Position numbers and translations under genes: made by a program
Assembly: GCA_002269645.1 (NCBI GenBank)
Contig: NIVC01001518.1
Span: 124,001 to 188,000, forward strand
Direction: 5' to 3'
Length of the DNA stretch: 64,000 nt
Origin: Macrostomum lignano
Taxonomy: Eukaryota
Shown here: positions 33,900 through 46,635 of the stretch, piece after piece
How positions within the stretch are numbered: the stretch's first letter is position 1
Layout: each line of letters starts with the position of its first letter
Notes under the pieces: generated by a model
Databases searched by the model: none
Told to the model about the DNA's origin: nothing
The model's input: the letters and a program-made list of their open reading frames with translations, nothing else

Positions 33900-34510
33900 G
33901 CCGCGGCCCACGACATCCTGGAGGCCCTACGCAAAGCTGAAATCAGCGCCTGGACTAACGCCTTCGTTGTAGACGGCACAGGGCCGGGAGGCAGCGCTGC
34001 CATTATCGGTACCAAACTGGTTACCTTCATCCGGAAGAGCCCAGCTGGCCGCTTTTGCAGCTCCTTCGTCGCTGAGATGCGTGCCATCAAGGACGCCCTC
34101 ACCTTCGTCGGGGAGAAGATCGCCCCCACGCATCCGGCTGTGCAGCGACTCGCTCTCGTCGCTCATGGCTCTACAAGAGGGCAACCTGGACCAGCGCACC
34201 GAAAGCGGCCTCTCCTGCTGGCGTCTCCTCATTAACCTGGGCACCTCAACGACATCGACCTCGTCTGGGTCCCTGCCCATTGTAGCATACCCGTTAATGA
34301 AGCCGCGGACAGAGCCGCAAATGCCGCAGCCCGCCTGCCACAAACCTTGGCTGCCTTTTCGCTAAGCGTTGCCAAGGCTGCTATTCGCCGAGACCGCCGT
34401 GCGCTTGACGATAGCGTCATGCCTCCGACCTGGTCGACTTTCCACGCCAGGAGTCTTGACGAGCACACGGTGGCTTGCCAACTACGAGCCGGTACCTCCA
34501 TGCTGGCCGC
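33900..34510 (+). mobile_element. LINE 3' fragment (RNase H region), frameshifted
   Basis: FCSSFVAEMRAIKDAL and, after a frameshift, LVWVPAHCSIPVNEAADRAA...QLRAG. Confidence 0.7.
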
Positions 34511-34769
34511 CGAGGTGGCGCTGGCGTCGATAGCAGTGGCGATACGGAATGGTGGCGTCCGTCGCAACTTCCAATCAAAAGTCAAAGGAGTGACTTCTCG
34601 AGCGCCTCGGATGACGATGACAACAACGGTGAATACTTCGGAGGCGATGGCGGCGCTGATGCTAATGAAGTAGGAGCAGACAATGCCAGCAGAGGCAGAA
34701 ACACCGACGGCTCGGAGTTTCAACGCTGGTGGCAGTAGCAGCAGCAGCAGCAGCAGCCACTACAGTGCA

Positions 34770-37335
34770 GTTAACCGGCTGTCCTTCTCTGCTGCCGACC
34801 GTCGCACCAACCGCCAAGCCCGCAAACTCCTCGGCAGGGCCGTCGCGACTGCCCCTCCGGAGCCTCCAATCTCCCAGGAGGAGCTGAATTCGGCGATCAC
34901 CCGGCTCCACGGCCGGGGAGCTGCCGGCCCCGACGATATTCCGCCGAGCTTCATCAAGGTGCTGGGACCCCGCGCCCGGGCCAACTTGCTGGACGTCTTC
35001 AAAGAGTCTCTGACGACTGGTGTGGTCCCGGCCCCCTGGAGGAAGGCCACCATCATCCCCCTGCTTAAACAGGGGAAACCTGCCAGTCGTATCGACAGCT
35101 TCCGGCCTGTCAGTTTGACGTCCTGCATCGTCAAGACCTTGGGGCGCATCATCTTCTGCCGACTCTACGACCTCACCGAGGCCTGCGGCTGGATCAGCTG
35201 CTGGCAATCTGGCTTCCGGCGCATGCGCTCCTGTGAGGACGCCATTCTCGAACTAACTCAGGCGATCAGCGATGGCTTTCAATCAAAGCCACACATCCGG
35301 ACGTTGCTGGCTCTCCTGGACTACAGCAGAGCCTACGACAGGGTGTGGCGGCAGATCCTGATCATGCTTGAACTTGGCGCCCCGCCCCAGCTGACTCGTT
35401 GGTGCTTCGCTTTCCTGAACGACCGCTGGGCGTCTACCTGCATCAACGGCGCCCTGAGCCACCCGCGGCCGCTTCGCCATGGCCTGCCCCAGGGCTCGGT
35501 GCTTGCGCCCTTTCTCTTCCTGCTGTTCATCGATGGCGTGGTCTGGGTGTGCCCGCCCAGAGTAGCTCCGTCCCTGTACGCCGACGACCTCGCTATCCGC
35601 GTCCAGAACAGCTCTGTGGCCGCGGCTACCAACTCCATCCAGGAGGGCCTCGACACGGTGGCCAGCTGGAGTCGTCAGATGAAGCTGACCCTGAACCACT
35701 CGAAGAGCGTCGTCACGCTGTTCACGAACTACACCAGCGAAGCCGGCCTTCAGCCCCAGATCCTGCTCGAGGGCACGCCTCTCGCCGTGGACCCCAATCC
35801 GCGCTTTCTCGGCGTCATCCTCGACAGGATGCTGAGCTTTGGCCCCCACGTCCGCGACGTCACCTCCAAGGCCCGCGCCCGCAGCGACGTCTTGGCCGCC
35901 TTGGGTAACCAGGACTGGGGCTGGCAAAAGGAGAAGCTTCGGACCGTCTTCAACGCGCTCATCAAATCTGTGCTGGACTACGCCGCAGCGGCCTGGCAGC
36001 CGTAGATCAGCGAATCGCACCGCGACGAGCTCGAACGGACCCAGAACCGTGCTCTCCGCCGCATTACTGGCCAACTGCAGACATCGCCCGCCGAGGCACT
36101 ACGGCTTGAGGCCGAAGTCACCTGCTACAAAATGCACGCTAAGCGCCTCCTCACGCGGTCGTGGGAGAAAGCGCTCCGGCTGCCCGCTGACCATCCGCTG
36201 CATCGTGCCGCCGCGGGGACCGCCATCCACCGCCTCGTGCGCCCCAGCTGGCGGCTTGCGGCCTCTCAGCTCAGCGAAGTCCTGCCGCCCAGCCTGGGCA
36301 ACCGCCATGCCGTTCTTTCCGCCGAGCGCTCCTACTCCCGTCCAGCCTACTTGCCGCCTCCGCAGATTCTGCCGCACCCTCCCGTTGTCCGTCACGCCTG
36401 CCGAACCTGACCTATGCCGCAGTGCCGCCACTGACTGCATCCGGGAGCTGGCGGCGTCGCTCTCCGCACCGGCCAGGACGGTGTACACCGACGCTCCGCC
36501 ACCGGGGGGACGCTTTCCGGAGGCCACGCTTTCGTGGTTACGGAGGGCGATCCGTCTGCCCCGATCGTCGTCCATGCCGAGGCCCGCCGCGGCTCGCCTA
36601 TTACGTCCAGCTTCGACGAGAAGGTCGCCGCCCTGTCTGCCGCCCTGAGTTGGGTCCACGCCCGAACCAGCGCCAACACTTCTCCCCCGTCCTTGGTCAT
36701 CTGCTCGGACAGCCGCAGCATGATAGATGCGCTCGCCGCCAACAACCGCGGCGTCGGCCATGCCCTGCAGGCGCTGGCCCTGACGGACGCGGACGTCATC
36801 CTCCAATGGGTGCCCAGCCATTGCGGCGTCCCCAGCAACGAGCACGCCGACCGCCGGGCCAAGGAGGGCTGCGCCTTGCCTTCTGCTGCCCCCGTGTCCT
36901 TCAACGCCGCCGCCGCTGTCTGCCGCAGAGTCCTCAGTGACCCGCCGGCGGCCCATGAGCGCACGCGGGAGGCTTACCGCCTCGTCTCTGCAGCCCGCGA
37001 TAGCGAGTCTATCTCCTTGCGAGCTGATCAAAGACTGCTCGCCCAGCTCCGCACCGGCCAATCCACGGCGCCCAGGGCATCTCATGCTGTCCTGAACCCG
37101 GCCGTGTCCGCCACTTGTACCCGGTGCGTCGAGGCGGACGACACTATCGACCACTGGCTCTGCGATTGCCCGGCCCTTTACACCAGGCGGACGTAGATTT
37201 TTGGTACTCCTCGGCCCCCGCTGTCGGTCCTTGGCTCGGATCCGGCCGGTGTGGTCGCACTGGCTCGCGCGACCTTGCGTCACGCGAGGTGCTAGCCTGC
37301 AGCAAAGCAAAGCAAAAGAAAAAGCAGAAGCAGCA
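34770..37335 (+). mobile_element. 5'-truncated non-LTR retrotransposon (I/Ingi-group-like): RT - RNase H - CCHC finger
   Basis: GPDDI, FRPVSLTS, QSGFR, GLPQGSVLAP, YADD, RFLGVILD; RNase H VYTD...CSDSRS...QWVPSHCG..NEHAD; CTRC..HWLCDC; GCAAA-rich tail; internal stop at 36003 and frameshifts. Confidence 0.92.
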
Positions 37336-38089
37336 TCTCATTGACGGTTGGTAGTAACAGTCAAGGTGGCAACGCAGGCCGCGGCGGCAAACGACGAAGT
37401 GGCATTTTCTAAGTCGGCAACAACCTACTAATAGCGGCGGCTGGCTATGAGCAAGAGCGAAATCGGCAGCGAATCAAGAGTCTGCGCACAACTGGCCGGC
37501 TTCTGTCGCTACACAGGCAGCAGACAGACCAGTTCCAGCCATCTACGGACAATGGGGTGTTGACAATGCGGCGCTACTTGCATCTGTTCTACATCTATGG
37601 TGTTCGCCTTACCGGGCCTGCAAAAGTTTACCTAGGCGACCAGCTAGAAGGGCACTGTGTCGAACTGGTTCTTACCTCCAGTAATTTTTTAGGCATGACG
37701 CTGGACGACCATTGTGATCGGCTCCTGATTGCCGAACCGACAGGGCCAGCTCCATCTGCCACAGCTGCATCTACTCAGCGTCCACTTAATGCGGCGGTAG
37801 CCATTCATGGCTCCTCGGCTGGCGACGACGACGTCTAACGAGCGCACTGTATTGTCATCGGATTTGTCCGGTTTGCGACAAACACGGCCGGTTGGCATCT
37901 GTATGAGCTTCTACATGCTGCTCTGATGGGTCGCGAAGAAGGCTGCGGGTTCGTTGTTTCCGGTCGGACGATGGCCAGCATAAGCGGCGGCCGCGCACCC
38001 GATTCAGTTGCCCGTTTTATTACGCAACATTGCCCATATCCGCTACTTGTCAATGTCAGCATCACAAGCTGTTCGCTTTTGTCTCAGGT

Positions 38090-38296
38090 CGCTTTCAGGC
38101 CAATAAAGAGCGTTCAGATCTGCGCAGGTCTGCTGAGACGGAAGCCGAGCGAGTTGCCCGTCTGTAGACCGACAAAGAGCGATCGGATCTGCGCAGGTCT
38201 ACGGAGACAGAAGCCGAGCGAGTTGCCCGTCAGCAAGCTAAGAAGAAGCGTTCGGATCTGCGCAGGTCTGCTGAGACGCAAGCCGAGCGAGTCGCC
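38090..38296 (+). repeat. Three 69-bp (23-aa) coding repeats, STPR-like, with one internal stop
   Basis: RFQANKERSDLRRSAETEAERVA / RL*TDKERSDLRRSTETEAERVA / RQQAKKKRSDLRRSAETQAERVA. Confidence 0.65.
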
Positions 38297-38339
38297 ATTA
38301 AAATGACGCTTCTTGTTACATGACCATTGACGAAGCACA

Positions 38340-38680
38340 GAAAAAAGATTGATATTTTGTCTTGCCATAGAAGCATAAATCATAAAATAATTAATCGGAG
38401 TTCGAGACCGGATTAACAATGCTGCTTAACGTCTTCAGACTTTCCGATACTGGCATCGTATTTTTTGCGTGCATTGACAAGCTATGGAGTTCCACATTCT
38501 GTTAACTGCAATGAGGAATTTAAAAACAAAAATTAAGCTCTATAAGCAAGCGCACGGCATTGTGGATGCAAAATATTTAGAGTCCGCTGCGCATCAATGA
38601 CTCTGGCAGCTTTCCTGATTAGTACTGTAAACTGCATTTCACAGTCATTGTCTCAATTTTCAGGTTTTAATCAGGTTTTA
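38340..38680 (+). pseudogene. Degenerate third Ly6-like paralogue (5' region, exon 1 and intron remnants)
   Basis: Homologous to 60125-60280 (GGATTAACAATG.. MLLNVFRLSDTGIVFFACI) with the donor mutated to AC; 38580-38670 resembles intron 2 of the 60-kb copy. Confidence 0.55.
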
Positions 38681-39829
38681 GGTTTCAGGTTTCAGGTTTT
38701 AAAGTTCAAACTTTAATTTAAACTAATGCTGTATAGATTTAGTTCTAATATGCAAGAACAGTACATTTTATGTTTTGTAGAATTCTGACAATAACTTTTT
38801 GTAAAAAATAAAATATCCCAAAGGTCGCATTATTTTAGCAACCTCTTTCACTAAGTCGAAACTTCACTAAACCGAAAAAAGTTTTCGGAAATGTGAAGTT
38901 TCGGCCTAGTGAAAGAGAGTGCCTTTCGGCGAAGTGAAATTTCGGCCTAATAAAAGCGCTCCTGATCGGGATACTGTGCCTGTGTAAATACTTCATTTGG
39001 GATTCGTATTCAAGAGTTCTCGGGTTTTGTTGCAAATGCGAACTGCTTTAAGATGCCAGAAGCAGTAAATACTCGTAGTTTTTTTGCTAGACTAACTAGA
39101 ATTTTACTAAAATTGCAACTAGTTTTAGAATTCCAGAGGACGGGATACGAGCTGAAAAATTTGGAATTGCCATTTCAATCTGCATGCGCAGAATTTCTTG
39201 CCCGTGCTATTGAATTAATGAGGATTTAGAGAAATTGTATGAACTAATTCCAAAAAATTATTACAGTTCAGCCAGGAATTTCAGGTAACTCGAGTTCTAA
39301 GCTCAGATTATAATTAGCTCTCAGTGACAATTAGTTGGTGCACTTATTGTGCCTAGTTTCGTTTGGGCCACAAACGATTGCGTCGACGGAAATTGTGAAC
39401 TAAGTAAATTTTTGCGCGCCTTTCAGGCATCGAAACAGGAATACAACAGATTGCTTATCTGCGAATAGTCTATGGTCAAGCCGCCCCCAACTTTTGGATA
39501 TACCCACCGGGTTATATTTGGATATACCCATTTGCAGATAGGCGATCTGTAGATTCCTGTATCAATGCGTTTGCGAGGATATTTTTTATTCAATACAAAC
39601 AAAGCTGAATAAACAGATTGTATACATATACGAAAACGGCTGTAACGTGGGCATAATGAAACGTGGACCAATTGTTCCGCAATAATCGATGAGTAGAGCT
39701 AGAATAGACAATAATTACACTCACATCGGCCGAATTTCATGGTTTGTTCCGCATAGGATCCTCGGGGCAAGCCTCTTCTTCGCTTGGCAGTGGTGGCAGA
39801 GCATCATCGTTACCGCATTCAATGAATCG

Positions 39830-42800
39830 TGTTAGTATCGGCTTGTGTGTGCGTCGGTATGCTGTCTTTGGCCAAACCCATAGAGTTGTAATGAGTGAAG
39901 GCAGCGCTAAAGAATAAATAAAAAAGAATGAAAGAAGGCAAAGTAAGCCGCGAGAGCATGCAGCTTGATTGTCAAGTGAAAGTGATTCAATAATCGACTC
40001 CGAGCTAACAATGGCGACGAGGCTGCCAACCATCGAACCGCTAGAAGAGAGCGAGGACCCCCACCGATGGCTGCAGCGATTCGAAATCTGCGCCACGCTG
40101 AATGACTGGAAAGACGACAAAAAGCGCAACGCTTTTCTGGCGCTGCTCGGCAAGCGAATTTTTAACCTCCTTGCTGATGCGGTGCTGCCCGATAAGTTGG
40201 ACACCAAGGACTTTGATACGCTCAGCAAGCTGCTCACCAAAGAGGTCAAAGGTGAGAAATCTGTGATTGCAAGCCGCTACGAGTTCCATAAAGCGAAGCA
40301 GGAGAACAATGAGGACATAGCCACTTACAGCAGGAGGCTGAAGCAGCTGTCCGAAGCCTGCAAATTTACCGATTTGGCCGACCGGCTCAGAGATCAGTTT
40401 ATCTTTGGACTCCAGAGTAAAGAGATTCTGCGGAAACTACTGTCTGAGAAAATCGAAGACCTGACGTGGGACAAGGTAACGGCGGTAGCTGCGGCTTGCG
40501 AAGCGGTCCAGCGTGGGGAGAAAGACATGACCGGCTTGAATGTACTGCAGATGCGTCAGACAAGTGGTCGACCGCAAAAAGGCAGCGAAGCCGGAAGGAA
40601 ACGTTCACAAAAACCCACGAGTGAGGACAAGAACGCCAAGCAGGTCACTTGCTACTGCTGTGGGAAACCTGGTCATCTAAAGAGTGAATGCCGATTCAAA
40701 TCCTTGAAGTGTGATAGCTGCGGAAAATTGGGTCACCTGAGATCTGTCTGCAGAGCTTCGAAGACAAAGGCCGAAAGACACCGAGAGTCTTCAAGGGTTC
40801 GACTAGTGCTGCAATCACCATCAATTGAGAAGTGTGAAGAGGATCAATGCGACAAGATATTCTCCATGACAACCAGCAAGCAGAGAATTTCGCGCACAGT
40901 AAGTATTAACGGCACAAGTGTTGAAATGGTGTTTGATACGGGTGCGGATGCCTCATTGGTATCCAAACACTCATTCGAACAACTGTCACAGAGGACAGAT
41001 GTTATGCCAGCCGACAGAACATTTAAGGACTATCAGGGCTGTGCAGTCCCGCTGTTTGGTAAGTCGATCGTCACAGTGCAGTTCAACGGCATCACAACAC
41101 AGCTTCCTATCTTCATCGTGGATCGGCCAGGAGCTCCGAACATCTATGGGCTTGAGTGGATGCACGCCCTTGAGCCGCACCTGAATATTTACCAGGTTAC
41201 GCATTTCGAAGCACATCTAGTTCTAAAGGACGAAGCCAGACCCGTGTTTCTCAAGCCAAGACCTACACCATACGGCATTCGAGAGAGTGTGAAACAGGAA
41301 CTGGACCGCCTGGAAAGTGAAGGAATTCTGAAGAAGATTGATCAGAGCGAATGGGCAACGCCGATTGTGGTTGTGAGAAAGCAGAGTGGAAAAATACGCA
41401 AATGCGGCGACTACAAGGTGACTGTCAACAAATCCCTATGCGATATGGTCTCAACCACCCCATGCATTGAAGATGTGTTGAGCCAGTTGGGTGGAGCCAA
41501 GATCTTCTCTGTTCTCGATCTGACGAACGCTTACCTACAGTTACCAGTAGACGATGCGTCTGGAAGCATCCTAACTCTGAGCACCCCTTTCGGGTTATAT
41601 CAGCCCAAAGCCCTTGCTTATGGTGTCAAACAGGCACCGGCAATTTTTCAGGGATATATGGACAAGCTATTAGCTTCGGAGAAAAATGTGGTCAGCTACC
41701 AGGACGACATCCTCATATATGGAAAAACGGAACAGGAACACGACGACCAAATTAACGTTGTTACACGCATCCTACAGGAAAACAATGTCGTGGTTAAATA
41801 TCAGAAAAGTGCACTCAAGCGCAGTAGAGTAAAGTTTCTGGGACTCGACATTGGCAGCGAAGGAATCTGTCCAGCAGAAGACAAGATGGAAGCCATACGG
41901 AGTTTAGCAGATCCAAGGTCTGTCAAGGAGCTTAGATCATTCCTGGGCCTGGCAGAGTTTTACTCCAGATTTATAAAAAATCTATCTACCATCAAAGAGC
42001 CTCTAGCGAAGCTCGTTCGACAGGATGAAGAGTGGTGATGGGGACCCATGGAACAGTCTGCGTGTCAGCTAATCAAGACTAGCATTTGTGAGTCGAAGGT
42101 CATTAAACCGTTTGATTCATCCGACTCAATTACAAGACTCACAACGGACGCCTCTCCTTACGGTCTTGGAGCAGTGCTTGAACAATCCAAAGAACCGGTC
42201 ATGTTTATATCGAAGACACTCAGTAAGCCGGAGCGTAACTATGCACAAATTGAGCGCGAGGCGCTGGGAATCATCTGGGCTGTTAAGCGTCTTCATAAAT
42301 ACTTGTATGCTCGAAAGTTTGTACTAGTGACGGATCATCATCCACTGAAGTATATATTTGATCCAGCAAAGTGACTCAACAGCCTGGCTAGTGCTAGAAT
42401 TCAGCGATGGGCGATCTCACTGGCATCGATAATGAGCAATTTGACGTCAGTACAGTTCAGGACACCGTACTCAACATGCCGGTGAATAAAAAAGAAATTC
42501 GCAGACAGTCGCTACGGGATCCAACAATGCGTAAGCTGTTTGCCCAAGTAAAACATGGATGGACGGTAAGGGGAAAGAATCAGTTGCCAGAATTTTCCCG
42601 GCTACAAAGAGAGTTCTCCATTGAAGATGGAATCTTGTATCGGGGAATTAGAACTATTATCCCCACTGTACTTCGTGATCAAGTGCTATGAACGCTTCAT
42701 GATGGGCATTTAGGAGCGGAGAAAATGAAATCTATTGCCCGACAGTGCGTATGGTGGCCATCAGTGGATGCGGACATTCAGCAGCGGGCAAAGGCATGCA

Positions 42801-43983
42801 AGGACTGCCAGCAGCAAAAAGATCATGCGAAGAGCGAATGGATTCCATGGCCACAGGAAACCGAGAAGTGGAGCCGAGTCCATATAGACTATGCTGGTCC
42901 ATTTAATAATGGAAAATAATGATTGACGCCTACAGTAAGTGGGCTGAGGTTCATCTGATGAGTTCCACTACAACGGAAGAAACTATTCTGCGTCTTCACC
43001 GCACATTCGCACAGGAAGGTGTGCCACTTACACTAGTGTCCGATAACGGACCACAATTTACGTCCAAGCATATGGAAAACTCGCTACAGTCAATCGGGTG
43101 TAAGCACATTCTAACACCACCATATCATCCGCGATCGAATGGACAAGCGGAGAGATTCGTCCGTGATCTAAAAAACCACCTCAGAGCAGCACAGCAGGAA
43201 AGCTGCATGCAGGCCAACATAGATCGATTCTTGCTGCAGTATCGGAATGCAAAGCACGCTGCCACAGGGAAATCTCCAGCTGAAATGATGCGTGGTCATT
43301 TATTGCGTGGCCCGATCACCCAACTGTCAAAGCAACCGGTGTGGGTCAAGGTCTACAATGATCACCAACGCAAATGGGCACCTGGAGTCGTCATCAACTC
43401 TGAAGGCAAGGCTATTGTTAATGTTGAAGGTGAAGATGGAGACATCTCGAGAAGGCACCTGGAGCAGATAAAACCAAGAGTTACCGACGCTAAAGAGGCC
43501 GAGGAAGATACAAGTCATAGAGTCATAGCGATTCAAAAGATCAAGCGCGCCCAGAAGACACTAATAAACGCTATCCTACTCGTAATCGAAGGCCGCCTGA
43601 TAGACTGCAGTACAAAAAACCCGGGACACCAACCAAACAGAGCTTAACGTGAATCCAAGCGTAGTTTGCAATGGAAAGCTACTCTTGTGAACTGATTGTG
43701 TACCTGTTGTTTTTATTTATTTATTTGAAAGCGTGTCTCCACCTCATTATGAAACCATGAGGTGCATTCTTTTAGAGTATTTTTTATCTCGCATGGGAGG
43801 AGTGTTAGTATCGGCTTGTGTGTGCGTCGGTATGCTGTCTTTGGCCAAACCCATAGAGTTGTAATGAGTGAAGGCAGCGCTAAAGAATAAATAAAAAAGA
43901 ATGAAAGAAGGCAAAGTAAGCCGCGAGAGCATGCAGCTTGATTGTCAAGTGAAAGTGATTCAATAATCGACTCCGAGCTAACA
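39830..43983 (+). mobile_element. Ty3/Gypsy (Mag-like) LTR retrotransposon, full length, ORF decayed
   Basis: Identical 181-bp LTRs (39830-40010, 43803-43983; TG..CA); TSD AATCG; PBS-like TGGCGACGAGG overlapping the gag ATG; PPT GGGAGGAG; two CCHC knuckles, DTGA protease, YQDD RT, RNase H, integrase; stops at 42036, 42372, 42689 and 42916 plus deletions. Confidence 0.97.
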
Positions 43984-44943
43984 AATCGGGTGAACTCCAT
44001 CAATTCTTCGTCATTCGCCTCGTCACGTCCACCCATACTCAAGTTGCTGAGAAAGTTGACCTCATTTCCATTCAAGCCGTCAATGCTTTCAATCGGCAAA
44101 TTCGACCAACTTATTATTCGTATGAGTGGCATGAATAGAGGTTAGGGCAAACGGAGGAAACAGAAACATGTATCCTCTGCTGCAGAGTTCCAGCTTATAA
44201 GACCACAACTTCATTTAACATGTTTCGTCTATGGTAATTTCAGACTGTTCCGCTTAACTTTTCATTCCAGACGTTTAGTCTATGGCCATCATTTGGCTTG
44301 CGCCAAGTGAAAAATGCCTGTGACACAAAACCCTAGAATCACTCAGTGAACAATTCCCGTCTGGGAAGTTGTGTCCTAGCCGTTTTGAATTGGATTTTGG
44401 ACGAAACTAGACACAATTCCACTATCGAGAGTTCACACCTCACACACAACTGCCATGGCGTCGAGGCCGGTAGGCTACTATAGGCCGGTAGGCTATAAAG
44501 AGAATTTATAGTAGTACATCAGTGCGTTAATAAGAGGTGCATTCTCTTAATGCACAGGCTCGATTCCAAGTGCAGTCACATTAATTTGGGGCTGAATTGG
44601 AATCTCGGCTTGGCTCTGCTCGTGCAATTAAAGGCCTTGAGAGCCAACTCCAAGGCACAGTGAAGTGTACATGCCTAACGATAAAATAAAGTTAGAGCCG
44701 CTGTACACTCCTATGTAAGTGTGTGCTTGTGCGTATGACTGCGTACGTATCCGCGCGCTTGTGTGCCTGCTCAGGGGAGTCGGCGGAATGGGCAGTAATT
44801 CCTCTCGCCGGTTGTGTGTATATGTCGCTTAAAGTGCGCCAGGGTGCACACAGCCCCCTGCCTCTAATAAAAAAGGGCGCCAGCACCAGGGGCCCAAGCA
44901 CATGAGCTACAAGATACTAACAGCCGTAAGATACTAACAGCAA

Positions 44944-45267
44944 TGGCTGGGGCAGCGCTGGCTGGGGCCCTTCAGAGTCCTGGAGAAGCTGGGGCCCGTC
45001 ACCTACCGCATCTCCAAGCGCGTTGGGCGGCGGCCGAGCTCGGTGGTGCACCACGACCGCCTGAAGGCCTTCACCCCTCGGCGGCCGCAGTTGGCGGGCC
45101 CGCCGTCTGAGCCAACTCCGCCTCCCGACAGCCGCCCGGAGAGCCTGGACGGCGACGGTGACCTGCGGCAGGACTGGAAGGAGCTGTTCCAGGAGCCGGA
45201 GGCTGCCCAGCCTCGGCGGTCTGAAAGGGACCGAAGGCCGCCTGATTTCTATGTGGCCCAGTTTTAA
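44944..45267 (+). mobile_element. Gypsy integrase C-terminal remnant
   Basis: WLGPFRVLEKLGPVTYRI...VVHHDRLK...RRSERDRRPPDFY*. Confidence 0.75.
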
Positions 45268-46635
45268 GACCGTGTGCGTGTCTTTAACTTGTTTGCTAAT
45301 ATTTTATTTTGTGCGAGTTACATGGCGGTTTTGATTAATTAAAATAAAAGAACATTATTTTTTACTCGATTTTTTTACTACTCGAATTTTCGCCATTAAA
45401 ATTTTACTTCCCGATTCTTCTCAACTCGGATTTCGCCACTCGAATTTTATTCCTTAATCGGGTTCGATTTTTGAGAGGGAGTGATGTGAAGTGTACACTA
45501 CTTTTCGATTGTGCGATTGTGCACGTAGTAATGAATTGCAATGAGTGTACGGTTATTTGAGCTGGGGTTGCTGCAGTCTTGCGCAACCCTCAAATATATA
45601 TAATCAAGCCTGTGTGGCTTAGCAGTTTGCAAGACCGTTTCGTTCTAGCACATACTTGGCTTACATTATTGATCATATTGATTTATTTGCAGCTTGACGG
45701 AGAATATATTGATAGATTGTAGTTTATCAGAAGGGATTTTGATGAAGTTCAATCTCATGAAGAGAATTTGAAGGAGTTCTGTCTCACGGAGAGAATTTTG
45801 ATGCATTTGGATTATGGGATTCGGGTCATGGGATTCAGCTGATGGATTTTAGGGAATGAAATTCTGGCGATGGGAGTTCTTCCCCTTTCTGGATTTTAAC
45901 GGATCCCTGTTTCACGGAGAGGATTTTGATGGATTTGGCAACTTTAGTCAGTCAGAGATGAGAGAATAGAGAAGAGTGAAAAGAGAAGAAAGGAGAGATG
46001 ATAGAAAAGAGAGTAGATATGAGAAATGAAAGATAAGACCAGAGATTACAGATGGGAGAGAAGAGGAGAGTAAGGCGGGAATGAAGAGAGGGAGAGAGAG
46101 AGAGGAGGACGCCTCCAATCTCAGGCTCTGACACGGTAAAAAGGACTGAAATAAGTCAATTTTATTTGAGTAGCCGATATTTTGAAATGATTAAATTTCT
46201 TCGTCAGGCTGTAAGCGACTGAAGTTTATTTGGCACGAATTGCCGTCAATATATAAAGGCGATATCGCCAGAGAGAGACGATCGATAAATGGGTGTGCTC
46301 AAGCACTTAAAACAGTACGCATGGTCAGTACATAAAAACGAGTCTGAGACTATGAGAAAAGCGGGGGTGGCTAAAACTGTACAAGTGGGCCTAGACAACC
46401 TTTAAGTGTCGAATAACAATTGTAAAAAATGGCAAAATAAATAGACCAGGTAAATAAAAAAATTTAAATGCTTAGAGCAAAAAATGCAGGTGCACCGTAC
46501 ACAGTGTCAGAAAAATGAACAAAAAAGCAGAGAAAAAATAAATCGAAAAAAAAAAAAAAAACAAGCCAATGAAGAAAAAATCACAGAGGCGAAAAATAGC
46601 AGTAGAAGAGGCTTTGTACAGACGTCAAAAAGGAC

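Noticed and set aside
33900-37335. A single LINE with RNaseH-RT-RNaseH architecture
   Set aside because: The first RNase H is followed by the QLRAG motif typical of a LINE 3' end and then by unrelated sequence. Two separate truncated insertions explain it better.
34232-37354. Long overlapping antisense and alternative-frame ORFs in the LINE
   Set aside because: Expected in very GC-rich sequence that is poor in stop codons; no recognisable motifs.
44666-44911. Solo LTR (TG...CA, AATAAA)
   Set aside because: No matching TSD and no second copy in the window.
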